Origin: Methanocaldococcus indicus
GTDB taxonomy: Archaea; AGJL01; Methanococci; Methanococcales; Methanocaldococcaceae
DNA: 64,000 nt
Assembly (NCBI RefSeq): GCF_049554935.1
Contig: NZ_CP186926.1
Span: 448,001 to 512,000 of the forward strand
Reading direction: 5' to 3'
Notes under the pieces: generated by a model
Database searches by the model: none
The model's input: the letters and a program-made list of their open reading frames with translations, nothing else
What the model was told of the DNA's origin: nothing
Part shown: piece after piece, positions 19,932-30,509 of the stretch
Numbering within the stretch: the stretch's first letter is position 1
Layout: each line of letters begins with the position of its first letter
Translations under genes and position numbers: made by a program

Positions 19932-20249
19932 TCACAACTCTTTACTTCCAGTTCTTATAGTATAGACCTCATCAATTGGCTGTATGAAAATTTTTCCATC
20001 TCCATAATTTCCAGTGTGTGCATTAGTTTTTATAATATTAACAACTTCATCAACTTCATCATCATTAACACCAATCAGCAACAAAGTTTTTGGAAGTTCA
20101 TCATAAAATATCTCTCCAATTTTTATTCCCCCTTGTTTTCCTCTACCAACAACATCAATCTTTGTAAATGATGGATATCCTGCTTTTTCTAAGGCATCTA
20201 TTACATCATCAGTTTTTTCAGGCCTGATAATAGCTTTTATTAGTTTCAA
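19932..20249 (-). CDS. nifI1: PII-like nitrogenase regulator NifI1
   Basis: AIIRPEK, VVGRGKQGG, YDELPK, GDGKIF; TTG start at 20249 after GGTGA (105 aa). Confidence 0.92.
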   Translation of the reverse strand: MKLIKAIIRPEKTDDVIDALEKAGYPSFTKIDVVGRGKQGGIKIGEIFYDELPKTLLLIGVNDDEVDEVVNIIKTNAHTGNYGDGKIFIQPIDEVYTIRTGSKEL

Positions 20250-20259
20250 ATTTTCACCT

Positions 20260-21120
<861 letters not shown>

Positions 21121-21146
21121 TCACCTTATTTTTTTGTTAGGTAGTA

Positions 21147-21160
21147 GGAAGCTTATTTCC
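21147..21160. promoter_or_regulatory. NrpR operator of nif operon
   Basis: Perfect GGAA-GCTTAT-TTCC flanked by TA; second near-site AGAA-N6-TTCC at 21213-21226. Confidence 0.85.
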
Positions 21161-21186
21161 TATTGACAATAATATTATTGTCAATA
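21161..21186. promoter_or_regulatory. Perfect 26-bp palindrome in nifH promoter
   Basis: TATTGACAATAATATTATTGTCAATA equals its own reverse complement. Confidence 0.7.
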
Positions 21187-21190
21187 ATTA

Positions 21191-21207
21191 ATATATAAAG
21201 TTTTCGG
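21191..21207 (-). promoter_or_regulatory. BRE + TATA box of nifH promoter
   Basis: Minus strand CCGAAAAC-TTTATATAT. Confidence 0.75.
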
Positions 21208-21243
21208 TAATAAGAAACTTTATTCCTAAACATGTAAAAAAAA

Positions 21244-21729
21244 TTAAGATTTGTATTTCATCTTAAAATAGTAAATTAGCCCACCAGCATTAAGAATCTC
21301 TCTTTCAATGCCCTTAGGAGATGAACATTTAATAGTTTTATTTTTATTTAAAATCTTTATTTCCTCTTTATCTAAATCTATCTCAATAATATCTCCTTCC
21401 CCTATCTCATCAGTATTTGCCAATATTGGAATTAATCCGTTATTTATTGCGTTTCTATAAAAGATTCTTGCAAAACTTTTAGCTACAACCGCTTGAATTC
21501 CTAAGTATTTTATAGACAGAACAGCTTGCTCTCTTGAAGAACCACATCCAAAATTTTCTCCTGCAACTATTATATCTCCTTCTTTAACTTTCTTTGAAAA
21601 ATCTTTGTCTATTCCATACATACAATACTTAGCCAACTCATAAGGATTTGTTGTTTTTAAATAAGCTCCTGGAATTATTATGTCTGTGTCTATATCATCC
21701 CCAAATTTCCAGACTCTTCCTTTTATCAT
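21244..21729 (-). CDS. hacB: Homoaconitase small subunit (LeuD family, HacB/AksE type)
   Basis: GRVWKFGDDIDTD, NFGCGSSRE, SFARIFYRN; loop YLKT resembles the homoaconitase YLRT rather than IPMI YLVY. Confidence 0.75.
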   Translation of the reverse strand: MIKGRVWKFGDDIDTDIIIPGAYLKTTNPYELAKYCMYGIDKDFSKKVKEGDIIVAGENFGCGSSREQAVLSIKYLGIQAVVAKSFARIFYRNAINNGLIPILANTDEIGEGDIIEIDLDKEEIKILNKNKTIKCSSPKGIEREILNAGGLIYYFKMKYKS

Positions 21730-21745
21730 TCTTCCACCAAAAATT

Positions 21746-22789
21746 TTAGTTTTGTATAACAACAGAAGAAGATATTGATATTTTAACTCTCATTCCTTTC
21801 CTTAGATTCATCCTATTAGCTTTTGACCTTATAACTTCACAAATTAGTTCTACACCATCAACATCTAAAATAGCTCTAACAGTTGATAAACTTAGATGAT
21901 ATACATCAACTATCTTTGCATCAAATAGATTGTATTTATTATAATGATATCTACATCCTTTTTCTCCTACTAACATAATATCCTCAGGTCTTATGGCTAA
22001 AATTGCATCTCCTTCATTATAAGGCTCATTGAGATAGATATCTAAACCCCCTCTAAAAATATATTGGTTATCTTCTTTCTTAATTTTTCCTTTTAAGAAG
22101 TTCTTATATCCAACAAATCTTGCAACAAATTCGTTTTTTGGATTAGTTATGATATCATCTATTTCCCCAAATTGTTCAATCTTTCCATTTCTTATTATTG
22201 AGAGTTTATTGGCTAATGCTATAGCTTCAATGAAGTCATGAGTGACATGAATAAATGTAATATCAGTATTACTATGAAGTTTTTTTAGTTCCAATATTAA
22301 ATTTTCATGAGTTAATCTATCCAATGCATTTAATGGTTCATCTAATAAAATAACCTCTGGCTCTACTACTAATGCTCTGGCCAAAGCTACTCTTTGCTGT
22401 TCTCCATTACTTAGTGTATTAGGCTTTCTATCTAAGAGATGAGTTATATTTAGTTGCTCAGCTATTTCATAAACTTTTTCTTCTCTTAATTTTTTGTCTT
22501 TTATTCCAATTCCTATATTTTCCCTAACATTTAAATGGGGAAATAGATATTTTCCATGACACATTACTATTTTTCTTTTGTTTAATGGTGTATCTGTTAT
22601 ATCTTCTCCATTTAAGTAAATTCTTCCATCATCAGGTTTTCTGAATCCTGCTATAATTTCTAATAAAGTAGTTTTTCCACTCCCACTCGGTCCTAAAACA
22701 ACAAAATAATCATTTTTATTTATTGTGAGTTCATCAATTTCAAGTGTAAAATATGCTAACTTTTTTTTTAGGTTATCTATTGTTAGCAT
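21746..22789 (-). CDS. modC: Molybdate/tungstate ABC transporter ATP-binding subunit with TOBE domain
   Basis: GPSGSGKT, LSNGEQQR, LLDEP, C-terminal OB/TOBE; operon with modAB. Confidence 0.8.
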   Translation of the reverse strand: MLTIDNLKKKLAYFTLEIDELTINKNDYFVVLGPSGSGKTTLLEIIAGFRKPDDGRIYLNGEDITDTPLNKRKIVMCHGKYLFPHLNVRENIGIGIKDKKLREEKVYEIAEQLNITHLLDRKPNTLSNGEQQRVALARALVVEPEVILLDEPLNALDRLTHENLILELKKLHSNTDITFIHVTHDFIEAIALANKLSIIRNGKIEQFGEIDDIITNPKNEFVARFVGYKNFLKGKIKKEDNQYIFRGGLDIYLNEPYNEGDAILAIRPEDIMLVGEKGCRYHYNKYNLFDAKIVDVYHLSLSTVRAILDVDGVELICEVIRSKANRMNLRKGMRVKISISSSVVIQN

Positions 22790-22791
22790 AA

Positions 22792-23508
22792 TTATCTACC
22801 ATATATACAAAATCTTTCTAAGTTCAATAATTTAGCCAATCCTGCTATAGAAGTGCCATAGAAAATAATTTTTTTATTGTATTTTTTGGCTAAATTGAAA
22901 ATATCTTCAAAAGTTCCATTAACAATTGTTGAACCAGTAGCTAAAATAACATCTGAATTTTTTATTAAATCTTCATTATACTTTCCATGAATAATTTTAG
23001 CTCCATATTTTATTTTTCCAATATTTTCAGGATTCAAATCACTAACTATAACATTTTCAGTTCCAAAGTTATTAACAATCTCTTTAACAAATGCAGGTTG
23101 GAAGCCTATAATCCCTATTTTTTTTGGTTTTAGTTCTTTTAAATATTTAACCAATTCTTTTGCACATTTTTCTGGTTCATCTCCAGTGCAATGAACTGTC
23201 TTATCCACAAAATTTAAATATCTCATAACTGCATTTATAGCAGCTATTAGCTCTGCTCTATTTCCATTTTTTATTAGCTCTTCAATAGTTCCCACAAACT
23301 CTTTTGGTTTATCTGTGAATGCATCCCCATAACAGCCCTTAAAATTAGCTCTCAATAAAACTTCTTTTCCACTCATTAGTGGATAATCTCTTATTTTGGA
23401 TATATCTAACTTGGTATCTGCTATCTTAATCTCAATTTCCTCATTTAGTAGATTGTTCTTTTCTGCAAGTTCTTTTAGTATCTCCCTAAAATCCATAATT
23501 AACACCAT
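22792..23508 (-). CDS. DUF364-like Rossmann-fold protein (putative metal chelation)
   Basis: GDAFTD, IGIIGFQP, ATGSTIVNGT, FYGTSIAG. Confidence 0.7.
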   Translation of the reverse strand: MVLIMDFREILKELAEKNNLLNEEIEIKIADTKLDISKIRDYPLMSGKEVLLRANFKGCYGDAFTDKPKEFVGTIEELIKNGNRAELIAAINAVMRYLNFVDKTVHCTGDEPEKCAKELVKYLKELKPKKIGIIGFQPAFVKEIVNNFGTENVIVSDLNPENIGKIKYGAKIIHGKYNEDLIKNSDVILATGSTIVNGTFEDIFNLAKKYNKKIIFYGTSIAGLAKLLNLERFCIYGR

Positions 23509-24287
23509 TTATATGATAATATAAGTTTTATTAGTAAGATAACAAAAATAGCAATAATAATATGAATTATAGCAATACACAAAGCTAAATTTATATTACA
23601 AATTGAGAAATTAAGAAATATGGCAATTGGTAAAGTTTCTGTTTTCATTTTTATAGCTCCAGCAATCATTAGAGTAGCTCCAAACTCCCCAATAGCTCTT
23701 GCCCAACCTAAAACAATTCCTGCAAGTATTCCACTTTTTGCCATTGGTAAAGTCACTTTTAAGAAAGTTTCCCATCTACTTAATCCTAAACTTTGGGCAA
23801 TATATTCATACTTAATGTCAATGTTTTCAAATATTGCTCTTGTTGTTTTTATTATAAATGGAGTGGCAATAATAAACTGTGCTAAAACTATTCCTGTAGG
23901 ATTAAATAAAAAATTGATTAAATTGTTAGATATCCACTTACCAAAAATGGTATTTCCTAAAAATAATAGAAGACCAAAACCTAAAACTAATGGAGGTAAT
24001 AATATAGGTATATGTATCAAACTATCTAAAAGTTCTTTTCCTCTAAACTTGAATCTTGCTAAACTGTATCCAGAAGGCACTCCAACTAATAAAGAGAATA
24101 ATATTGCAATAATAGATGTTTTTAAACTTAAAGTAGCTGAAAATAATACTTCATTAGAAAATAGAGCATCTATAAAGTTATTTAATGATGTATTCAATAG
24201 TATTGCGAATAAGATAGCAAATAATATAATTGAAAAAAAAATTAATGGCATATTTATAATATATACAAATTCTTTGTCTTTGAACAT
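23499..24287 (-). CDS. modB: Molybdate ABC transporter permease
   Basis: LPPLVLG, EAA-like AQSLG, WARAIGEFGAT. Confidence 0.88.
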   Translation of the reverse strand: MFKDKEFVYIINMPLIFFSIILFAILFAILLNTSLNNFIDALFSNEVLFSATLSLKTSIIAILFSLLVGVPSGYSLARFKFRGKELLDSLIHIPILLPPLVLGFGLLLFLGNTIFGKWISNNLINFLFNPTGIVLAQFIIATPFIIKTTRAIFENIDIKYEYIAQSLGLSRWETFLKVTLPMAKSGILAGIVLGWARAIGEFGATLMIAGAIKMKTETLPIAIFLNFSICNINLALCIAIIHIIIAIFVILLIKLILSYKWC

Positions 24288-24295
24288 AACTATCC

Positions 24296-25063
24296 CTAAA
24301 TGACTTCAAATCCATATTTTTTAAATATCTTCTTTCCATCTGTTATTACAAAATTGTAAAATTTCTCAGCAGCTTCTTTATTTTTAGTTGTGGATAGTAT
24401 TGCTATTGGAATAGTTTTTATAACATTGTATTTTGGAGATATATCAATTATATCCACTTTATCCTTGTTCTCAATTGCATCTGCCCTCCAAACAATTGCA
24501 GCATCTACTTGTTTCTCCATAACATAAAATAAAACTTGCTTTACAGTAGCTCCTTTTACAACTACATTTTTATTGATTTTTTCTGAAATTCCTGGATAAT
24601 CTTTGTCTAACTTTTCAAATATCTTATTAGTTGCTCTACCAATTGCAATATTACTATCTCCTAATGCTATTTTCACACCTGGTTTTGCTAAATCAAGTAT
24701 TGAAGTTATATGTTTTGGATTCCCTTTTTGTACAACAATAACAGGAATATGCTTTGTTATGTTTGTATAGTTCAGAATCATACCTTTCTTTTTTAACTCA
24801 TTTACATAGTATAAAGCCCCTGGCATAAAGATATCTCCACTTTTTGAGCTTAAAATTTGAGAATATAAATATCCACTTCCTGCATAGGTATATTCAACCT
24901 TTATTCCATACTTTTTCTCAAAAAGCTTCCCAATTTCATCCATTGGCTCTTGCATTCCAGCTCCAACATATGCATGTATTACCTCTTTTGAATTTTCTTT
25001 ATTTGTGCATCCACAAATGCTAACTAATAAAAGTATGGGAATAATGATTAGAATTTTTTTCAT
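24296..25063 (-). CDS. modA: Molybdate ABC substrate-binding lipoprotein
   Basis: SICGC lipobox, GAGMQEP, YAGSGYL, VDAAIVW. Confidence 0.88.
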   Translation of the reverse strand: MKKILIIIPILLLVSICGCTNKENSKEVIHAYVGAGMQEPMDEIGKLFEKKYGIKVEYTYAGSGYLYSQILSSKSGDIFMPGALYYVNELKKKGMILNYTNITKHIPVIVVQKGNPKHITSILDLAKPGVKIALGDSNIAIGRATNKIFEKLDKDYPGISEKINKNVVVKGATVKQVLFYVMEKQVDAAIVWRADAIENKDKVDIIDISPKYNVIKTIPIAILSTTKNKEAAEKFYNFVITDGKKIFKKYGFEVI

Positions 25064-25096
25064 AATCTCACAAAGAAAATTTTTATAACATTTATA

Positions 25097-25117
25097 GGAA
25101 TTAGGTTTCCTACTTCC
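25097..25117. promoter_or_regulatory. NrpR operator of mod operon
   Basis: Perfect GGAA-TTAGGT-TTCC (25097-25110) plus overlapping half-site; further GGTA-N6-TTCC at 25160-25173; minus-strand CCGTAAG-TTTTATATA promoter between them. Confidence 0.8.
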
Positions 25118-25193
25118 TAAATATATTATAGAAAACTATATATAAAACTTACGGTATAAGGTAAGATAGTTCCTAACATATTGGTGATAGAAT

Positions 25194-25763
25194 ATGTTAC
25201 ATCTTATATATGAAGGTGATAGAAAATCTTCATCAGTAACTTTAATAATAACAGAAGAACACAATATTATTGTAGATACATCAACCAAAGATAAAAAGGA
25301 TTTAATTATCTCTAAACTCAAAGAGCTAAATTTTGAACCAAAAGATATAGATATAATAATAAATACCCATATTCACAAAGGACATACTGAAAATAATGAT
25401 TTGTTTGAAGATGCTAATATATATGCTTCTGCACATGAATGTATAAAAAAATGTGATGGATGTATGTTATATTCAGAAATTGATGAAATTTATGGATTTG
25501 AACCAATAGAAAAATTTCCTAATGAAGAAATAACAATAATAAAAACTCCTGGACATACTTATGGTTCTATATCAGTATTATATGAAGATTATATAATTGT
25601 TGGAGATGCTGCTCCTTTGAAAGAAAATATATTAAATAATAAAGTTCCAGAAAATATTGTTGATTTCAGAGCTGCAAAAGGAAGTATAAGAAGAATAAAA
25701 ATGCTAAAAAAGAATATTATAACTGGTCATGAAGGAATTGTTTATGTAAATGAATACTTATAA
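25194..25763 (+). CDS. MBL-fold metallo-hydrolase
   Basis: IVDT, THIHKGH (variant of HxHxDH), TPGHT, VGDA, TGH. Confidence 0.85.
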   Translation: MLHLIYEGDRKSSSVTLIITEEHNIIVDTSTKDKKDLIISKLKELNFEPKDIDIIINTHIHKGHTENNDLFEDANIYASAHECIKKCDGCMLYSEIDEIYGFEPIEKFPNEEITIIKTPGHTYGSISVLYEDYIIVGDAAPLKENILNNKVPENIVDFRAAKGSIRRIKMLKKNIITGHEGIVYVNEYL

Positions 25764-25921
25764 TAATATAATGTACTTAATGACAATATAATTCTAATAT
25801 TTAATTTATTTTATTTTTTAATCTTAATTTTATTTTATTATAACTAAGTTATACTCCAATTGTTACCAAATATATTATAATTTGTTTTTAGTTATATTTT
25901 TAATCTACTTAATGGAGAGTG

Positions 25922-26623
25922 GAGAGTGTCAAGTTAAGCTTTTATTAATAATTGATAAAAAATAATAAAATATGAAGCTCACGATAGAAGTCTTAAAGGA
26001 GAGAATCGAAGAGGAGAAGATTTTTAAAAGGAATAAGAAGTCGATAGAAGTTAAAATCTTAGCTGGGATTTTGTATTATCTTGGACTATCGTTGAGGAAG
26101 GTAAGTTTGTTTCGTTCCCAATTCGAAAGTATAAGCCATGAGTCGGTTAGGACTTATTATCACAAGATTAAAGATGTTTTAAACGAACCTGAAAGAAAGG
26201 AAAGATACGCAATTGCAATCGATGAGACCAAACTAAAGATTGGAAATGAAAATATTTACGTATGGTCTGCTATTGATGTTGAATCGAAAGAGTGCTTGGG
26301 AGTTTATGTTTCTGAAACAAGAAACTGCCTCGATACTATATTATTCGTTAAGAGTATATTAAAATTTTGCTCTAATAAGCCGAAGATTTTGGTCGATGGT
26401 GGAAGATGGTATCCGTGGGCATTGCAAAGATTGGGTTTAGAATTTGAAAGAGTCAGATTCGGACTGAGAAATTGTGTAGAAAGCTTTTTCTCACTACTCA
26501 AACGAAGAACTAAAGCATTTTATAATAGGTTTCCTAATAACAGCAAATTCGATACAGTTGTTAGCTGGATTAAAAGTTTCATGATGTTCTACAATTGGTT
26601 GAAGTCGTTAACTTGACAGTGTC
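25922..26623 (+). mobile_element. IS6-family insertion sequence (702 bp)
   Basis: 16-bp imperfect terminal IRs GAGAGTGTCAAGTTAA / TTAACTTGACAGTGTC; no target duplication visible. Confidence 0.9.
25972..26616 (+). CDS. IS6-family DDE transposase
   Basis: [28 protein letters not shown]. Confidence 0.92.
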   Translation: MKLTIEVLKERIEEEKIFKRNKKSIEVKILAGILYYLGLSLRKVSLFRSQFESISHESVRTYYHKIKDVLNEPERKERYAIAIDETKLKIGNENIYVWSAIDVESKECLGVYVSETRNCLDTILFVKSILKFCSNKPKILVDGGRWYPWALQRLGLEFERVRFGLRNCVESFFSLLKRRTKAFYNRFPNNSKFDTVVSWIKSFMMFYNWLKSLT

Positions 26624-26637
26624 TGGGGTTATTATCT

Positions 26638-27054
26638 ATGAAAGTTAAATATAAGGTATGGATTGAGAAAGATGATAAATTTATTATTGGAGAGGGTGGA
26701 ATAAAAATATTGAAAAGTATAGATAAACATAAGAAACTAACTAAGGTAGCTAAGGAACTAAATATGTCTTATAAGTTTGTCTGGAACTATATAAAAAAAA
26801 TTGAGAATAATTTAAAGGATTGTATTGTTGTTACACATAGAGGAGGAGCAAACAAGGGATATACTGAATTAACAGAAAGAGGTAAAGAGCTTATAAAAAT
26901 ATTTGACTATTATAAAAATTTGTTTGATAAGCTATTAAATAACAACTACTACTCTGGAAGGATAATAAAAATAAATGAAAATAAAATTATTGTAGAAGTA
27001 GATAATCCAAAAAATTTAAAAGAAAATGATAAAATTATAATCATAAAAGAATGA
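26638..27054 (+). CDS. ModE-family winged-helix regulator
   Basis: KVWIE, IIGEG, AKELNMSYKFVWNYI, RGG...LTERG. Confidence 0.8.
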   Translation: MKVKYKVWIEKDDKFIIGEGGIKILKSIDKHKKLTKVAKELNMSYKFVWNYIKKIENNLKDCIVVTHRGGANKGYTELTERGKELIKIFDYYKNLFDKLLNNNYYSGRIIKINENKIIVEVDNPKNLKENDKIIIIKE

Positions 27055-27064
27055 GGTTGATTAA

Positions 27065-28057
27065 ATGAAAATAACTAAGCTTCATGGTGCTGGAGGAACT
27101 GTAATGCAACAACTAATTAAAGATTTAATTTTAAACAATATTGAGCTAAAATCAGCTGGTTCTTTGTCTTTGGATGATTTAGATGATTCATCAACTATAA
27201 AAATTTTTGATAATGAAATAGCTCTAACAACTGACAGCTATACTGTAAATCCTATATTTTTCAAAGGAGGAGATATTGGTAGATTAGCTGTCTCTGGGAC
27301 TGTTAATGACTTAGCTGTTGTTGGTGCTAAACCATTAGCTTTAACACTCTCATTCATACTTCCTGAAGGTTTTGAATATGAAAAGTTAGAGAGAATAGTT
27401 AAATCAATAAATGAAACATCTAAAGAAGCAGAAGTCCCTATAATAACTGGGGATACAAAAGTATCAGATAGTGTTAATGATATTGTAATAAATACATCTG
27501 GAGTAGGGATAGTTAAAAAGCTTTTAAAGGATAGTAATGTTAAAGAAGGAGATGCTATAATAATATCTGGAAATATAGCTGAGCATGGATTAGCTATTCT
27601 ATTGGAAAGAGAGGGCTTTGAATTTGAGACAAATATAAAATCTGATGTCTCTCCACTAAATAAGATGATTGAGGAAATTTTAGATTTAGATATTCATGCA
27701 ATGAAAGACCCTACAAGGGGAGGAGTAGCTAATGCACTAAATGAATTAGCAGAGAAGAGTAATATAGGAATTGTTATAGAGGAAGATAAATTACCAATCA
27801 GTGAAGAAGTTAAAGGTTTGTGTGAAATATTGGGATTAGACCCATTAACAATAGCAAATGAGGGAAAGGTTATTATAGCAGTTAATAGAGATGATGCAGA
27901 AGAGTGTTTAAGAAGATTAAGAAAAACAAAATATGGAAAAAATGCTGAAATAGTGGGATATGCAACAAAGGAACATAAAGGAGTATTGCTTGATACTGGT
28001 ATTGGTAAGAGAATTATTGACTCTCCAATTGGAGACCCAATACCAAGAGTGTGCTGA
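27065..28057 (+). CDS. hypE: Hydrogenase maturation protein HypE
   Basis: HGAGG, TTDSY, GTVNDLA, MKDPTRGG, ANEGK, C-terminal PRVC. Confidence 0.95.
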   Translation: MKITKLHGAGGTVMQQLIKDLILNNIELKSAGSLSLDDLDDSSTIKIFDNEIALTTDSYTVNPIFFKGGDIGRLAVSGTVNDLAVVGAKPLALTLSFILPEGFEYEKLERIVKSINETSKEAEVPIITGDTKVSDSVNDIVINTSGVGIVKKLLKDSNVKEGDAIIISGNIAEHGLAILLEREGFEFETNIKSDVSPLNKMIEEILDLDIHAMKDPTRGGVANALNELAEKSNIGIVIEEDKLPISEEVKGLCEILGLDPLTIANEGKVIIAVNRDDAEECLRRLRKTKYGKNAEIVGYATKEHKGVLLDTGIGKRIIDSPIGDPIPRVC

Positions 28058-28067
28058 GGGATAGTAA

Positions 28068-29360
28068 ATGATAGTTGAAAGAGTTGAAGAATATTTAGAA
28101 AGAATAGAAAAAAACAAAGATTTAAATGCATTCTTAGAGATAAATGAGAATATAGTAGAAGAAGCAAAAAAATTAGAGAAAGATGAAAAAGCTAAGAAAA
28201 AGCCACTTTATGGAAAAGTTGTTGCTATAAAAGCAAATATTAATGTTGAAGGTTATACAATTTCTTGTGCTTCTAAAACTTTGGAGAACTATATAGCTCC
28301 TTATGATGCAACAGTTGTAAAAAAATTAAAAGATGCAGGAGCTTTAATAATAGGAATAACAAACATGGATGAGTTTGCCTGTGGAAGTTCAGGAGAAACT
28401 TCTTATTTTGGACCAACAAAAAACCCTAAGGCAAAGGATAGAATTCCAGGAGGTTCTTCAAGTGGAAGTGCAGCAGCAGTTGCTGCTGATTTATGTGATT
28501 TTGCATTAGGAAGTGATACAGGAGGTAGTATTAGAAATCCATCATCCCATTGTGGTGTTGTTGGCTTTAAACCAAGTTATGGAGTTGTTAGTAGATATGG
28601 ATTAGCTGATTTGGCTATGAGTTTAGACCAAATAGGACCAATAACAAAAACAGCAGAAGATGCTTTATTATTAACAAATATAATAAAAGGTTTAGATGAT
28701 AAAGATAATACAACAGTTGAAACCCCAGAATATAAAAAGAAAGATATTAAGGGCTTTAAAGTTGGAGTTGTTAAGGAGTTTATGAAAGTTACTGATGAGA
28801 AAATAATGAATAAGATAGAAAAGGCCATTGATGTCTTTAAAGATTTAGGTTGTGAGATAGTTGAGCTAAGCTATAAATATATTGATTTAGCTCTTCCAAC
28901 ATACTATTTAATAAATTATGTTGAGTTCTTCTCTGCAACAAGAAAATATGATGGAAGAAGATATGGATATAGAATAGAAGAAGTTTGTGGAGATGAAGTT
29001 CTAAGAAGAATAACAATAGGTTCAATAATTAGCCAAAAAGAGTACAGTGGAAAATACTACAAAAAAGCTCTAAAAGCAAGAAATATAATGAGAAATGAAA
29101 TATTTAGAATATTAAAAGATATTGACATTATTGTTTCTCCAACTGTTCCAAAACTACCTCACAAATTAGGAGAAAAGTTATCTCCAATGGATATGTATAG
29201 TTATGATGTCCTAACAGTTATAGCAAACTTAGCAGGACTACCAGCAGGAACAATTCCAGCTGGAGATATAAATGGAATTCCAGTAGGATTACAAATTATG
29301 GCTAAGCCATTTGAAGATGAAAAAGTTTTAAGTGCAATGATTGCATTTGAAAAAAGTTAA
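28068..29360 (+). CDS. gatA: Asp/Glu-tRNA amidotransferase subunit A
   Basis: TNMDEFACGSSGE, PGGSSSGSAAA, GSDTGGSIR, YDGRRYG. Confidence 0.95.
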   Translation: MIVERVEEYLERIEKNKDLNAFLEINENIVEEAKKLEKDEKAKKKPLYGKVVAIKANINVEGYTISCASKTLENYIAPYDATVVKKLKDAGALIIGITNMDEFACGSSGETSYFGPTKNPKAKDRIPGGSSSGSAAAVAADLCDFALGSDTGGSIRNPSSHCGVVGFKPSYGVVSRYGLADLAMSLDQIGPITKTAEDALLLTNIIKGLDDKDNTTVETPEYKKKDIKGFKVGVVKEFMKVTDEKIMNKIEKAIDVFKDLGCEIVELSYKYIDLALPTYYLINYVEFFSATRKYDGRRYGYRIEEVCGDEVLRRITIGSIISQKEYSGKYYKKALKARNIMRNEIFRILKDIDIIVSPTVPKLPHKLGEKLSPMDMYSYDVLTVIANLAGLPAGTIPAGDINGIPVGLQIMAKPFEDEKVLSAMIAFEKS

Positions 29361-29370
29361 AAAATTAAAA

Positions 29371-29868
29371 TTATTCTTTATTTTCATATTTTTTAAATAA
29401 TTCATCATATTTCCCTTCATTAATCTCTTTTGTTACTTCTTTTGGGTCTTTTCCTTCAACAGTAACTCCCATTGAACCACAAGTTCCAATAACTTCTTTT
29501 GCTGCATTTTTTAATGTGTAAGATAGCATAGAATCAAATTTCATTTTAGCTATTTTAATTACTTGTTCCATTGTTAAATTTCCAACAACTTCATGTCTTG
29601 GTTCATGAGCAGCTGTTTCAATTCCAAGCTCTTTCTTTATTAATGCAGATGTTGGAGGAATTCCAACCTCTATCTCAAATGTTCTTTTTTCAGTATCAAC
29701 AATAACCTTAACTGGAACTTGCATTCCTTCATATTCTTTTGTTCTCTTGTTTATCTCATTAACTACTTGCATTACATTAACTCCTAATGGACCTATTGCT
29801 GGACCAAGTGGTGGCCCTGCAGTTGCTTTCCCTCCAGTAACTAATACTTCAACAACCTCCTTAGCCAT
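29371..29868 (-). CDS. rpl11: 50S ribosomal protein L11
   Basis: [25 protein letters not shown]. Confidence 0.96.
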   Translation of the reverse strand: MAKEVVEVLVTGGKATAGPPLGPAIGPLGVNVMQVVNEINKRTKEYEGMQVPVKVIVDTEKRTFEIEVGIPPTSALIKKELGIETAAHEPRHEVVGNLTMEQVIKIAKMKFDSMLSYTLKNAAKEVIGTCGSMGVTVEGKDPKEVTKEINEGKYDELFKKYENKE

Positions 29869-29955
29869 AAATCTCACCTAATTTATCTAATATTATAATT
29901 AATTATAAAAAAATAAGATTTAGTGTTATGAAATATAAATAACAAATATATAAAG

Positions 29956-30396
29956 TTATTCCTTCTTTTTAATAATTTTTACATTTTCAACTGGAACAGT
30001 TATAGGGATAGGGACAGCAGCATTCTCTAATTCTAATGTAACTTCTTCTTTATTTTTATCAACTCTAATAACTTTAGCCCTTTCTCCCTTAAATGGACCA
30101 GCAATAATCTCTACTAAATCTCCTTTCTCTAAGCTTTCAATAATTCTTTTTGGAGTTAGTAACGGCTCAACCTCTTCAATTGTTATAACTCCTTTAACCA
30201 TTCCTCTAACTCTTGGCATTCCTTTAATGAGTTCTTTAACTTCATCCTCATTCTCAGCTTCAACTAACAAATATCCTTTTAAATTTTCTGTTGCTAATAT
30301 GGCATATACATTTAGTTGTTCTTTTTCTGCCTTTTTGGCTAATAAATTTGCTATATTCTTTTCTTGTCCTGATATTGTCCTAATAGCAAAAATCAT
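29956..30396 (-). CDS. spt5: Transcription elongation factor Spt5/NusG
   Basis: SGQEK, LKGYLLVEA, KOW GDLVEIIAGPFKGE. Confidence 0.95.
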   Translation of the reverse strand: MIFAIRTISGQEKNIANLLAKKAEKEQLNVYAILATENLKGYLLVEAENEDEVKELIKGMPRVRGMVKGVITIEEVEPLLTPKRIIESLEKGDLVEIIAGPFKGERAKVIRVDKNKEEVTLELENAAVPIPITVPVENVKIIKKKE

Positions 30397-30509
30397 ATTA
30401 ATATCACCAAAAAATGAATTATTTTCTATTTAAAAGTTTTTAAATTTATTGTTATAAAAATAGTATAAGGTAATTAGTGGTTTAAAGTATATAAACATTA
30501 TTTTTAAAG

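Noticed and set aside
25764-25913. Very AT-rich spacers (also 47875-48050, 50420-50530, 58445-58590) as origin or ncRNA
   Set aside because: No repeats, ORB-like boxes or GC-rich structure; consistent with ordinary promoters and terminators
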